DNA of 64,000 nt from Eledone cirrhosa (GCA_964016885.1 OZ024751.1:48050001-48114000); one strand, 5' to 3'. Positions 14,735-28,299 are shown, counted from the first letter of the stretch. Made by a program: numbers and translations. Notes: a model not told the origin generated them from the letters alone.

Positions 14735-14968
14735 GGGCAGTGAATTGGCAGAATCGGTAGAGCGTGTCATAGAGTGTGACGCCGAGTTACGGCCCTTTAC
14801 GTTCCGAGTTCAAACCCCCCCCCCCTCTCCCTGCCGAGGTTAGCTTTGCCTTTCACCCATACGGGGGTCGATAAAATAAAGTACCAGTAACGCACTGGGG
14901 TCGATTTAATCGACTTTCCCCCTCCCCGCAAAAAATTGCTGGCCTTGTGCCTAAAGTAGAAACTATTA
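14735..14968 (+). mobile_element. tRNA-derived SINE family B
   Basis: A box TGGCAGAATCGG, B box GAGTTCAAAC, conserved gcctttca..ggggtcgataaaataaagtaccag core (resembles the Nin/Deu-type central domain as recalled), (ATT)n tail. Confidence 0.9.
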
Positions 14969-15711
14969 TTTTTATTATAAATTTCTGAGAAAACAATTTA
15001 AGCTGGCTGTTCTATTTTGATTTCAGTTGTAGAGAGGGAGTGGGGTGGGCTGAGGACTGGTGGGGGAGGGGTGGGCTGAAGACTGGTTGAGGTGGTGGGG
15101 TAGGCTGCGGGATGGTGGTGGTGGTGGTCGGGTAGGCTGGTCATAGGGGTGGAGGAGGGGTGGGTAATCTAACTCTACCCTTCATACAGTCTCCTGGATC
15201 TCCTACCCTAAACATGATAATCATACACATTCATATATATATACATGTATATATACACATGACACACACACATTATATATATATATATATATGATACATA
15301 CCCACACTCAATCCCTCACACATTCACACAGTTGCTCTCATATACACATATACATGTATAAACTCTCCCTCAGTCCCTCTCACATCCACTACACCACATA
15401 CACACATATAAACATGTATATATGCCTACACTTGGTACTCCCCCTCCACACATATGCATATGCCTACCCTCATTCCCTCTCACATTCACACACACATATA
15501 CACAACTTTGCTCTGCCTAAGTACGCCCCTCCACCACACACATAACCTTAATCATGTGACAAAAGAGAGGCTTCCATGCAGCCGCCCGAACTGCTAGAAA
15601 TAGCAGCCAAATCTCCCTCTCTCTCTCTCTATAGTCCTAGAATAAAACCCATAAGTTATGACTATTTTGTGAGAGTGGTGGTCAGGATACCTACACATGG
15701 ATAGTGTTTAA

Positions 15712-15908
15712 CCCTTTAGCATTCACATTACTCTATATATACTATTATATTTTCATGGTAAAGGCTTTACCTCACATAATATCGAATCTATGAGATTTTG
15801 AAAGTATTTATTTTGAGAACAATACCTTAACATCAGTTTGAGTGACCAGTTACAGCCAGTTTCAACAGAAAGAGTTAGAGAATTTTGGCCGGTTTGAACA
15901 TTAAAGGG
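15712..15908 (+). mobile_element. piggyBac-type MITE (family D)
   Basis: TTAA|CCCTTTAGCATT ... TAAAGGG|TTAA. Nine copies are visible in the window. Confidence 0.88.
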
Positions 15909-16170
15909 TTAATTAGGTTTTAACCCTGAAATGTAACCCACCACACACACACACACACACACACAATCATTGGTGTGTCAGCAGTGATGGTCAGATCACT
16001 ACACACTCCCATCTGCCCACCACCCATTGTTGAGACAGCAATTGTGGTCAGATCATTGCTTACACATTGCTGGGTCAGCAATGGGTGGTCAGATCATTAT
16101 CTACCCATAGCTGGGTCAGCAGTGGTGGACAGATCACTACCCACATCTTGCACCCACATACTTGTGTATG

Positions 16171-16695
16171 TGGGTGCAAGATGGCCGAAGGATTAAGAAG
16201 TTCAGTTCACAATCCTTGGGTCCCAGGTTCAATACCATGGTATGGTATCTTGGGAAAGAGTCATTTACCATAGCCTCATATCAACCAAAGCCTAGTGAGT
16301 GAAATTTGGTGGACAGAAACTGTTTAGAAGCCCATCAGATGGATTGTAACTGCAACTCAAAGGGACAGCCTTGTCCCACACTGTATTACACTGAATCTCC
16401 CTGAGAGTTTCGTTAATGGTACACATGCTCATGGAATGCTCAGAAACATGCACTTTAATTTCACAGGCAGGCAGTGCTGGATTTAGGACAAATGAGGCCC
16501 TCTGCTAGTTAAGTTATGAGGCTCCTTACTTGGGCCCTGAAGGAGGTAAAAACAAAATGTTTGGCAGGAAGATGGACCCCCCACCCCCCTTCCTGGCCAA
16601 CGGGGCCCTGTGTTTCAGCACACTTAAGCAGAATGGTAAATCTGGCAGTGCAGGAAGGCTGTTCCAAACAATCATCGTTGAAACCGATGGAGGTT
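16171..16695 (+). mobile_element. Old tRNA-derived SINE (family C head plus second-family tail), interrupted by a hAT MITE
   Basis: Head atggccgaaggattaag...ccaggttcaatacc. The tail is related to 51270-51410 (minus) and 57700-57815. Confidence 0.6.
16472..16650. mobile_element. hAT-type MITE
   Basis: TIRs CAGTGCTGGATTTA / TAAATCTGGCAGTG. 8-bp TSD caggcagg (16464-16471) / caggaagg (16651-16658). Confidence 0.8.
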
Positions 16696-16916
16696 CATTC
16701 TATGAGTGTAATGTATAAATCAGACCAGTAGATAAGTCACACTTCCATTTTATATGCCACATTTACAATGTAACATATATTCTGAATTGAAGTTTTGAAG
16801 ATAACTTTCAGGCTGGTTTTCCATGTATGCTGGGGTTATTTTGGTGGCGGGTTTTCTGGAGAAAGACTGTGACATATATAAATATAGGTTCATCTCTCTC
16901 TCTCTCTCTCTCTCTC

Positions 16917-16955
<39 letters not shown>

Positions 16956-16957
16956 TT

Positions 16958-17291
16958 GGACCGGGTGATGTGTTGTTTCCTTGAGCAAGACACTTTATTT
17001 CACATTGCTCCAGTTTACTCAGCTGCAGAAATGAGATGATAGGACTGGAGTCCCTATCATTCCACTGCAAAGGGGTCGTGGAGGTACCACGGCAAAAAAA
17101 AAAAAAAAGCACCTAGCCCACACTGTAAATGAGGTTGGTGTTAGGAAGGGCATCCAGCTGTAGAAATCAAGCCAGAATCAGTTCCTGTATGAGCAAGACA
17201 AGGTCAGCCGACCAGCTACTGCCCACAACAGGACAACCCGTCTAACCCATGCTAGCGTGGAAGAACGGACGTAAAACGGGGATGATGATGA
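16958..17291 (+). mobile_element. SINE family A, 5'-truncated, alternative 3' tail
   Basis: Body near-identical to the 12092 copy. Tail atgagcaagaca..cccgtctaacccatgctagc..ggacgtaaaa is shared with 28906-29093. Confidence 0.88.
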
Positions 17292-17716
17292 TATATATAT
17301 ATATATGGTGGTGGTGGAGGAAGTGGTGGGTGTCTACACAACTGGACTGGTTTCTACTAGTTTTCACTAACACTATATACCTAACTCACTCCCTTTGATT
17401 CTCTCTCTCCCTGTATATATAAATATATATATATATATAATATATATAAACACACACACATACATACATAAACACACACACATAGTAAGTCATGGTCCAA
17501 CCCATGCCAGCATGGAAACGTTGTCACAAAAATGATGATGATGATGATGTTTTTGTTTGATATGTATCATGAGTGAGCTCCAGTTTTTATCATTATACAT
17601 GCTTACACCCTGCACCTTAAAAGATACAGAGTCCTATCACTTATTTAGTAAGCGGGGTGATGCACTGACAGAAAGAACATCAGCGAGAACAGAGTAAGTG
17701 GATAGTGTAAAAATAC

Positions 17717-18720
17717 ACACACATGTACACCAGGTCCGAACACAGAGGAGCCAAACTCCCACTGTCCTGGCCTCTATCTCTCTCACCCTCCCCATCACAT
17801 ACATGTACACCAGGTCCAAACTCCCACTGTCATCTCCTCTGTCTCTCTCACCCTCCCCATCACATACATGTACACCAGGTCCGAACACAGAGGAGCCAAA
17901 CACCCACTGTCATCTCCTCTGTCTCTCTCACCCTCCACATCACATACATGTACACCAGGTCCGAACACAGAGGAGCCAAACTCCCACTGTCATCTCCTCT
18001 GTCTCTCTCACCCTCCCCATCACATACATGTACACCAGGTCCGAACACAGAGGAGCCAAACACCCACTGTCATCTCCTCTGTCTCTCTCACCCTCCCCAT
18101 CACATACATGTACACCAGGTCCGAACACAGAGGAGCCAAACTCCCACTGTCATCTCCTCTGTCTCTCTCACCCTCCCCATCACATACATGTACACCAGGT
18201 CCGAACACAGAGGAGCCAAACTCCCACTGTCCTGGCCTCCATCTCTCTCACCCTCCCCATCACATACACGTACACCAGGTCCGAACACAGAGGAGCCAAA
18301 CACCCACTGTCATCTCCTCTGTCTCTCTCACCCTCCCCATCACACACATGTACACCAGGTCCGAACACAGAGGAGCCAAACACCCACTGTCATCTCCTCT
18401 GTCTCTCTCACCCTCCCCATCACATACATGTACACCAGGTCCGAACACAGAGGAGCCAAACTCCAACTGTCCTGGCCTCCATCTCTCTCACCCTCCCCAT
18501 CACATAGATGTACACCAGGTCCGAACACAGAGGAGCCAAACACCCACTGTCATCTCCTCTGTCTCTCTCACCCTCCCCATCACATACATGTACACCAGGT
18601 CCGAACACAGAGGAGCCAAACTCCCACTGTCATCTCCTCCATCTCTCTCACCCTCCCCATCACATACATGTACACCAGGTCCGAACACAGAGGAGCCAAA
18701 CTCCCACTGTCATCACCTCC
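17717..18720. repeat. 80-bp minisatellite (~12-13 copies)
   Basis: tacaccaggtccgaacacagaggagccaaa recurs every 80 bp from 17871 to 18671. Confidence 0.97.
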
Positions 18721-18987
18721 AATTATCTCACCCTCCTCATCTCTCACTATTATGAGCAAATGGGGTCCCACGTGTTGGGCACCCCACGGCCTCAGTGGAC
18801 AGAATAGAGAAGGCATTTCCCCAGGGGATAGTGAGGGAGATGCACTGGAAGGGCCATTCTATCTTGAGAGGCTCACACCTGCGGCTAACCAGCTCAGCGC
18901 CTGTGGTGGTAAGTAGGGAGGTGGCCCTAAGGCCAAGGATACCAGAAGGCTCAAGCGCACTTACGGTATCATAATATATCTCCCTCC

Positions 18988-19031
<44 letters not shown>

Positions 19032-19261
19032 GTGTGTGTGTGTAGAATGGTATTCTATGCAGGAGGTTCATTCCATGAATGTATGTAAATATCCTGTTCC
19101 CTCAGTCATCAGGTCTCTCTAATGTATGTAGCTCTCTATCTATCTATCTATCTCTCTATCTCTCTATCTCTCTATCTATCTCTCTCCCTCCCTCTCCTTC
19201 CTTAAGTATCTCTCACTATCTATCTAACTCTCTGCCTGTTATCTCCATTCAGATATAAAAA

Positions 19262-19650
19262 TGACACACACAGCACACACACATACAGAGCACACACATC
19301 ACAAACACATACAGAGCACACACAGCACAAACACATACAGAGCACACACATCACAAACACATACAGAGCACACACATCACAAACACATACAGAGCACACA
19401 CAGCACAAACACATACAGAGCACACACATCACAAACACACACAGCACAAACACATACAGAGCACACACATCACAAACACATACAGAGCACACACATCACA
19501 AACACATACAGAGCACACACAGCACAAACACATACAGAGCACACACATCACAAACACATACAGAGCACACACAGCACAAACACATACAGAGCACACACAG
19601 CACAAACACATACAGAGCACACACAGCACAAACACACACAGCACAAACAA
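19262..19650. repeat. 26-bp CA-rich minisatellite
   Basis: acaaacacatacagagcacacac(atc/agc) units. Confidence 0.93.
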
Positions 19651-19829
19651 GATGTGTGTGTTGATTATTTAACTGTTTAAAAAGTAGGGAAGCAACTGTG
19701 CATGAGTGTCTGCACAACACACATATATATGCATGTATATATACATACATACATACATACAAATAAATACACATATATAGACATGCACATGCCAGCATGT
19801 AAGAACATGTATGATGATGCTATCCCATA

Positions 19830-22135
<2,306 letters not shown>

Positions 22136-22334
22136 CATATGTGCATATAGAGAGACATATATATGACAGGAAGTAAGCCACAAGCAAACCATATCAAGAT
22201 ATTTCAAACAGGAGGGGGGGGGGCAGAGTGAAGGGTTTAGGTTGGAGGAGGAGGGTGGAGTGGGGGATGGAAGGAGGTTTGGTGTTTACTAGCCTAGAAA
22301 TAAGGTCACTGAGTTCTAGTTGGGTGTGGTTGTC

Positions 22335-22960
22335 AAGGTCTACCATATCCTCACAACACCTCCCCATTTTACCCCAGATCTGCCATACCCTCACAACACC
22401 TCCCCATTTTACCCCAGATCTGCCATACCCTCACAACACCTCTCCATCTTACCCCAGGTCTGCCATACCCTCACAACACCTCTCCATCTTACCCCAGGTC
22501 TGCCATACCCTCACAACAACTCTCCATCTTACCCCAGGTCTGCCATACCCTCACAACACCTCTCCATCTTACCCCAGGTCTGCCATACCCTCACAACACC
22601 TCCCCATCTTACACAAGGTCTATCATACCCTCACTACCCTCACAACATCTCTATCTTACCCAAGGTCTAACATACCCTCACAACACCTCCCTCATCTTAC
22701 CCAAGGTCTACCATATCCTCACTACCCTCACAACACCTCCCCATCTTACTCCAGGTCTACCATACCCTCACAACACCTGCCCATCTTACCCAAGGTCTAT
22801 CATATCCTCACACCACCCCCATCTTACCCAAGATCTACCATATCCTCACTTCATCACCACCCTTACAACACCCCTATCTTACCCAAGGTCTACCATACTC
22901 TCACAACAGCCCCTATCTTACCCGAGGTCAACCATACCCTCTCAACCCTCACATCCTCCA
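22335..22960. repeat. 40-bp minisatellite degenerating rightwards
   Basis: tgccataccctcacaacacctctccatcttaccccaggtc, period 40. Confidence 0.93.
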
Positions 22961-23150
22961 TCCTGCCCATGTGGAGTTTCTTTTACTGTTGCTAAGTCTG
23001 TTTTGTTTGTGTAACCAACCTCATGTTATTTTGACCCAATTCTCCTTTAATCCTTTCATTAATACATTCCTATAACTTTCATATCATTCTGAAAATAATC
23101 CACAATTTGGAGGGGGTTTCAGAAGTATGAACTAACTTCCTCGTTATTAA

Positions 23151-23374
23151 CCCTCTAGCATTTTACATTACTCTATATATTTACTATTGTATTTTTGAGG
23201 TAAAGGCTTTATCTTACATAATTATCTCACATAATATCAAATCTACGAGATTTTGATATTATCTATTTTCAGAACAATACCTTAACATAAGTATTAGTGG
23301 TTAGTTACGGCTGGTTTCAACAGAAAGAGGTGAGAGAATTCTGGCCGGATATGGCCGGTTTAAATGCTGAAGGG
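23151..23374 (+). mobile_element. piggyBac-type MITE D, apparently inserted into a family F copy
   Basis: TTAA|CCCTCTAGCATT...AATGCTGAAGGG|TTGA. The right flank (aaggttcttacataaaatta) matches family F at about 1959-1978. Confidence 0.85.
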
Positions 23375-23454
23375 TTGAACGTAACTTAACAAAGGTTCTT
23401 ACATAAAATTAGGATGGAAGGTTTATACATAAATATAAACACTTGAAAATGCTC

Positions 23455-23642
23455 TCTGCCAACCATCTATGCCATCCACCTTCAATTTGCAGATCATGTC
23501 ATGAGAGGCAACGAACCCGTGACAAAACCTTTACTATGGGAGTTCACGAATGTGAAATACGAATGCAAAAGACCTTTCGAGACATGAATGAGAGTCATTG
23601 AGGAAGATACAGAACTATCTGGATCCAGTGAAGAACTGAAGC
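23455..23642 (+). mobile_element. Decayed RTE/RTEX-like LINE ORF C-terminal fragment
   Basis: Frame reads LQFADHVMRGNEPVTKPLLWEFTNVKYECKRPFET*MRVIEEDTEL, matching the recalled RTE-clade motif LxFAGHxxR...LLWEP...GRP. Confidence 0.6.
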
Positions 23643-23644
23643 AG

Positions 23645-23862
23645 TTTAGCATTTAAACCGGCCATATCCGACCAGAATTCTCTCACCTCTTTCTGTTAAA
23701 ACCAGCTGTAACAGGCCACTCATACTTATTTTGAGGTATTCTTCTCAAAATAAATGATATCAAAATCTCATAAATTCGATATTATGTGAGATAATTATAT
23801 GAGGTAAAGTGTTTATCATGAAAATATAATAGTAAATATAGAGTAATGTAAATGTTAAAGGG
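23645..23862 (-). mobile_element. piggyBac-type MITE D
   Basis: Reverse complement of 23151-23374. Ends AAAGGG|TTAA. Confidence 0.88.
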
Positions 23863-23949
23863 TTAATGTTGGATCGTGTGAGATGGAAAGGTTTTATCAT
23901 GTCACCACAGAAAGATGAATTTAGTAGTAGTTAGTAGTAAACTCTTTAA

Positions 23950-24148
23950 CCCTTTAGCATTGAAACCAGCTATATCCAGCCAAAATTCTCTCACCTCTTT
24001 CTGTTCAAACTGGTCAAAACCGGCTGCTCATACTTATTATGTTAAGGTGTTGTTCTCAAAATAAATAATATCAAAATCTCATAGATTCGATATTATGTGA
24101 GATAATCATGTGAGATAAAGTGTTTACCGTGAAAATACAATAGCATAT
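23950..24148 (-). mobile_element. piggyBac-type MITE D (one end lost)
   Basis: TTAA|CCCTTTAGCATT start, with the same body in reverse orientation. Confidence 0.85.
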
Positions 24149-24164
24149 ATTCATTTTCATACAT

Positions 24165-24278
24165 ATATATTCGCCTTCCTGACATTTGTACATTATTCTA
24201 TGTACTATACATGCACCTTTGATGAATTGTAGTGCAGCTGAGCACTGTATTAAATAATTTCATTATTATTATTATTAT
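24165..24278 (+). mobile_element. LINE-like 3' UTR remnant with (ATT)n tail
   Basis: cctgacatttgtacattattctatgtactatacatg...aataatttcattattatt. A second copy is at 26866-26973. Confidence 0.6.
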
Positions 24279-24280
24279 AT

Positions 24281-24469
24281 GGGGCGGTGGATTGGCAGTA
24301 TCGGTAGAGGGTCGGACACCATGCTTTGACGCATAGAGTTACGGCCCTTGCCATTCTGAGTTCAAATCCCACCGAGGTTAACTTTGCCTTTCATCCTTAC
24401 GGGGTCGATAAAATAAAGTACCAGTAATGCACTGGGTAATTTGCTGGCCTTATGCCAAAAGTAGAAACA

Positions 24470-24498
<29 letters not shown>
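24281..24498 (+). mobile_element. SINE family B, full length
   Basis: ggggcggtggattggcagtatcgg head, core domain and (ATT)n tail. Confidence 0.92.
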
Positions 24499-24501
<3 letters not shown>

Positions 24502-24808
24502 CCGAGATGAAAGATGGACTAGAGATATTAGCTGGGGGGGGGGGGTAGGAATATTGGGTGGAGGCAGGTACTGAAATATCTTATAGATGGTATAAGGATA
24601 TTTGGTGGTGGGGGTAGGGGGTAGTGTAATAACTGCTACAATCACACACACACACACATTTCTGCCACCACATCCATATACCTCTGCAACTGCACAAATA
24701 AACACATACACATACCCCTGCAACCACACACACTTCTGTAACCATTCACACATGCACATGCATACACAGAATTCAAACACATATCCATATTTACCTATGC
24801 AACCATCT

Positions 24809-24851
<43 letters not shown>

Positions 24852-24956
24852 CCGAAAGTCATGGGAGCTGTGCTGTATCCTGACTGTGGGCATGCCCACG
24901 TGTGTTAGACACATGGAATTCAAAAAGGTACTCAGGGTTGGTGTTGATAAGATGGT

Positions 24957-26252
24957 TATGTATGTATGTTTATGTATGTATGTATGTTTATGTATGTATG
25001 TATATGTATGTATGTATGTATGTATGTTTATGTATGTATGTATGTTTATGTATATTTATGTATGTATGTTTACATATATATGAATGTATGTTTATGTATG
25101 TATGCTTACATATGTATGTTTATGTATGTATGTATGTTTATGTATGTATGTATATGTATGTTTATGTATGTATGTATATGCATGTATGTATATGTATGTA
25201 TGTATATGTATGTATGTTTATGTATGTATGTATGTTTATGCATGTATGTATGTATGTATATGTATGTTTATGTATGTTTATGTATGTATGTATATGTATG
25301 TATGTATGTATGTGTATGTATGTATGTATGTATGTATGCTTATGTATGTATGTATGTATATGCATGTATGTATGTATATGTATGTATGTATGTATGTTTA
25401 TGCATGTATTTATATGCATGTATGTATGTATATGTATGTATGTATGTATGTATATGTATGTATGTTTATGTATGTATGTTTATGTATGTATGTTTATGTA
25501 TGTATGTATGTTTATGTATGTATGTATATGTATGTATGTATATGTATGTATGTATGTATGTGTATGTATGTATGTATGCTTATGTATGTATGTATATGCA
25601 TGTATGTATGTTTATGTATGTATGTATATATATGTATGTTTATGTATGTATGTTTATGCATGTATGTATGTATATGTATGTTTATGTATGTATGCATGTA
25701 TGTATGTGTATGTATGTATGTATGTATGCTTATGTATGTATGTATGTATATGCATGTATGTATGTATATGCATGTATGTATGTTTATGTATGTATGTATG
25801 TTTATGTATGTATGTATGTTTATGTATGTGTTTATGTATGTATGTATGTTTATGTATGTATGTATGTTTATGTATGTATGTATGTGTGTGTATGTATGTA
25901 TGTATATGTATGTATGCTTATGTATGTATGTATGTATATATGTATGTATATGTATGTATATGTATGTATGTATGTATGTATGTTTATGTATGTATATGTA
26001 TGTATGTATATGTATGTATGTTTATGTATGTATGTTTATGTATGTATGTTTATGTATGTATGTATATGTATGTATGTTTATGCATGTATGTATATGCATG
26101 TATGTATGTATATGTATGTATGTATGTATGTATATGTATGTATGTTTATGTATGTATGTTTATGTATGTATGTAGGTATGTTTATGTATGTATGTTTATG
26201 TATGTATGTATATGTATGTATGTATATGTATGTATGTATGTATGTTTATGCA
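24957..26252. repeat. (TATG)n microsatellite, ~1.3 kb
   Basis: Directly visible. Confidence 0.98.
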
Positions 26253-26359
26253 TGTTTGATAGTGACTTGAAGAGATCTGTTTATTCTCAAAGAATTTCTT
26301 CGTTTCTGCCACTGTCCAATATCTCTATCTTTCTGTTTCTTCTTTGATTTCTCATTCTA

Positions 26360-26397
26360 TTCTCTGATGAAGGACTAGAATCCGAAATGTCGAAACT
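26360..26397 (+). ncRNA. Minimal hammerhead ribozyme-like motif (degenerate)
   Basis: CTGATGA-A-GGA-CTAGAA-TCC-GAAA-TG-TC: both core boxes and stem II are intact. Stem III is probably CG>TG decayed and stem I is weak. Downstream sequence is homologous to 27345-27420. Confidence 0.55.
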
Positions 26398-26479
26398 ATA
26401 TCAAGCATAATATTAATATATTTCTTTATTTAACTGTGTTTGCTTTGTTATTTCTGTTTGCCTTTTGCATATATATATA

Positions 26480-26785
26480 TATAAGGAAAGGCACAGAAAC
26501 AAAGAAAGGAATCCCCAGTCACTGAAGAGGTCACAGAGTGTGTGACGAAAGGACTATGACTATATATAAACAACTATCTGGTAGTGGAACCAACCAACCA
26601 ACCAGAAATTTATAAATTTGTAGATTTGTAAATTTATAAATTTATAAATATATAATAAATTGAAGTGAAAGCAACTGGTGCGTGTGTTTCTTATTGGCAA
26701 CATGACCCTCCCAAAGTATAACAATATCGGTTTCAACACACGATTTCAGATAAAGAATCTTGCTAAACAAATTCAGAAACGAAAT
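26480..26785 (+). mobile_element. Hammerhead-bearing short element with truncated ORF start (Penelope-like pLTR candidate), flanked by (TA)n
   Basis: Hammerhead at 26517, then ATG at 26702 (MTLPKYNNIGFNTRFQIKNLAKQIQKR) homologous to 552-626. Confidence 0.55.
26517..26561 (+). ncRNA. Minimal type I hammerhead ribozyme
   Basis: Stem I AGTCA/TGACT; core CTGAAGA plus one extra G; stem II GTCACA-GAGTG-TGTGAC; GAAA; 2-bp stem III (A-U, G-C, GA loop); CUA cleavage triplet ending at 26556. Confidence 0.75.
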
Positions 26786-26865
26786 ATATATATATATATT
26801 ATATATATATATATATATATTATTATTATCCACACACACGCACACATGTATATGATGACTCATAC

Positions 26866-26973
26866 ACTATTCACTTCCCTGACATTTGTATATTATTCTA
26901 TGTACTATACATGAACCTTTGACAAGTTTTAGTGCACCGGAACACTGTACACAATAATTTCATTATTATTATT
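26866..26973 (+). mobile_element. LINE-like 3' UTR remnant with (ATT)n tail
   Basis: Homologous to 24165-24278. Confidence 0.6.
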
Positions 26974-26991
26974 ATATACATACATATATAT

Positions 26992-27317
26992 ATCATCATC
27001 ATCATCATTTTACGTCCGCTTTTCCCTGCTTGCAAGGGTGGGACGGGAACGGATTCTGGGTTGATTTCTACAGCTGGATGCCCTTCCTAACACCAACCTC
27101 ATTTACAGTGAGTGCTGGGTGCTTTTTTTCCGTGGCACCTCCACGACCACTTTGCAGTGGAATGATAGGGACCCCAGTGCCTATCATCTTATTTCTACAG
27201 CTGAGTAAACTGGAGCAATGTGAAATAAAGTGTCTTGCTCAAGGAAACAACACATCACCAGGTCTGAGAATTGAAGTCACAACCTTTCGATTGCAAGGCC
27301 AATGCTCTAACCACTAA
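26992..27317 (-). mobile_element. SINE family A
   Basis: Reverse complement of the 12092 copy. Confidence 0.92.
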
Positions 27318-27465
27318 ATATATATATATTAAGACCATCTTCCTGTTATATCAAGCGTTAACCTAATATATCCCTTCCATATACTGTACCGATTGTGTTG
27401 TTATTTCTGTTTACCTTTTACGTTATATATATTTTTCTTCCTCATAATCGTCTCTTTCTCCCTGT

Positions 27466-27513
<48 letters not shown>

Positions 27514-27515
27514 AT

Positions 27516-28212
27516 ATATTTATTAAAATAACAGATTAAAGTTTAAGCAAAGAATCGCTGCTTTCACCCTTAACGGGATCTTCTGAAACTAACAAAGTCA
27601 ATCTGTAAACGCAGAGCTGGATATTTCAAAAAACGTTGCAACCGGAGGAAGACAGGAAGACGATACTTTGGTTCGTGGTAACGTTCGCTGGCAAAGAACG
27701 GGAAAGAACGAATAATACGTCATTAATAGGAGCGGTGAAAAACAATTACGCGCAAAGACAGAACCACGTTTATGGTATAAAAGAGGTCGTAGACTAATGT
27801 TCTCTTAGGTGGTGCATAGAGACGTTCTCTGGCAATGAACGAAAAAACCAAGATAATACGTCATATGTGGAGCGTGGAGAACAATAGCACGCAAAGACAC
27901 AACCACGTAAATGGTATAGCTGAAGTCGTAGACTAAAATTCTAACTAGGAGACCAAATGAATCTCCGCTACAGAGTTAAGAACAAAGTAAATAAATACAA
28001 TACAGAAGTAATAGAAATAAATAAATACATACACGCAAACAAATACGTACATACACCAAAGTATCGTCTTCCTGTCTCCCTCCGGTTGCAACGTTTTTTT
28101 GAAATATCCAGCTCTGCGTTTACAGATTGACTTTGTTAGTTTCAGAAGATCCTGTTAAGGGTGAAAGCAGCGATTCTTTGCTTAAACTTTAATCTGTTAT
28201 TTTAATAAATAT
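27516..28212. repeat. Long near-perfect inverted repeat (~157-bp arms, ~380-bp spacer with two internal direct repeats)
   Basis: 27516-27672 is the reverse complement of 28055-28212 with about 3 differences. Spacer repeats at about 27681-27802 and 27823-27941. Confidence 0.93.
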
Positions 28213-28297
28213 TTGCTCTACGGTTCTTATATATTTGATATATATTTATCCTTATCGAGCCCTCTTTGGATTTTAGTCTTCAAATTTATTATTATTA

Positions 28298-28299
<2 letters not shown>

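Noticed and set aside
15035-15165. G-run cluster with G-quadruplex potential
   Set aside because: Common low-complexity pattern in this window, with no independent sign of function.
17698-18916. Overlapping 269-397 aa ORFs with repeats
   Set aside because: The 80-bp unit is not a multiple of 3, so the same peptide cycles through all frames. This is a minisatellite artefact.
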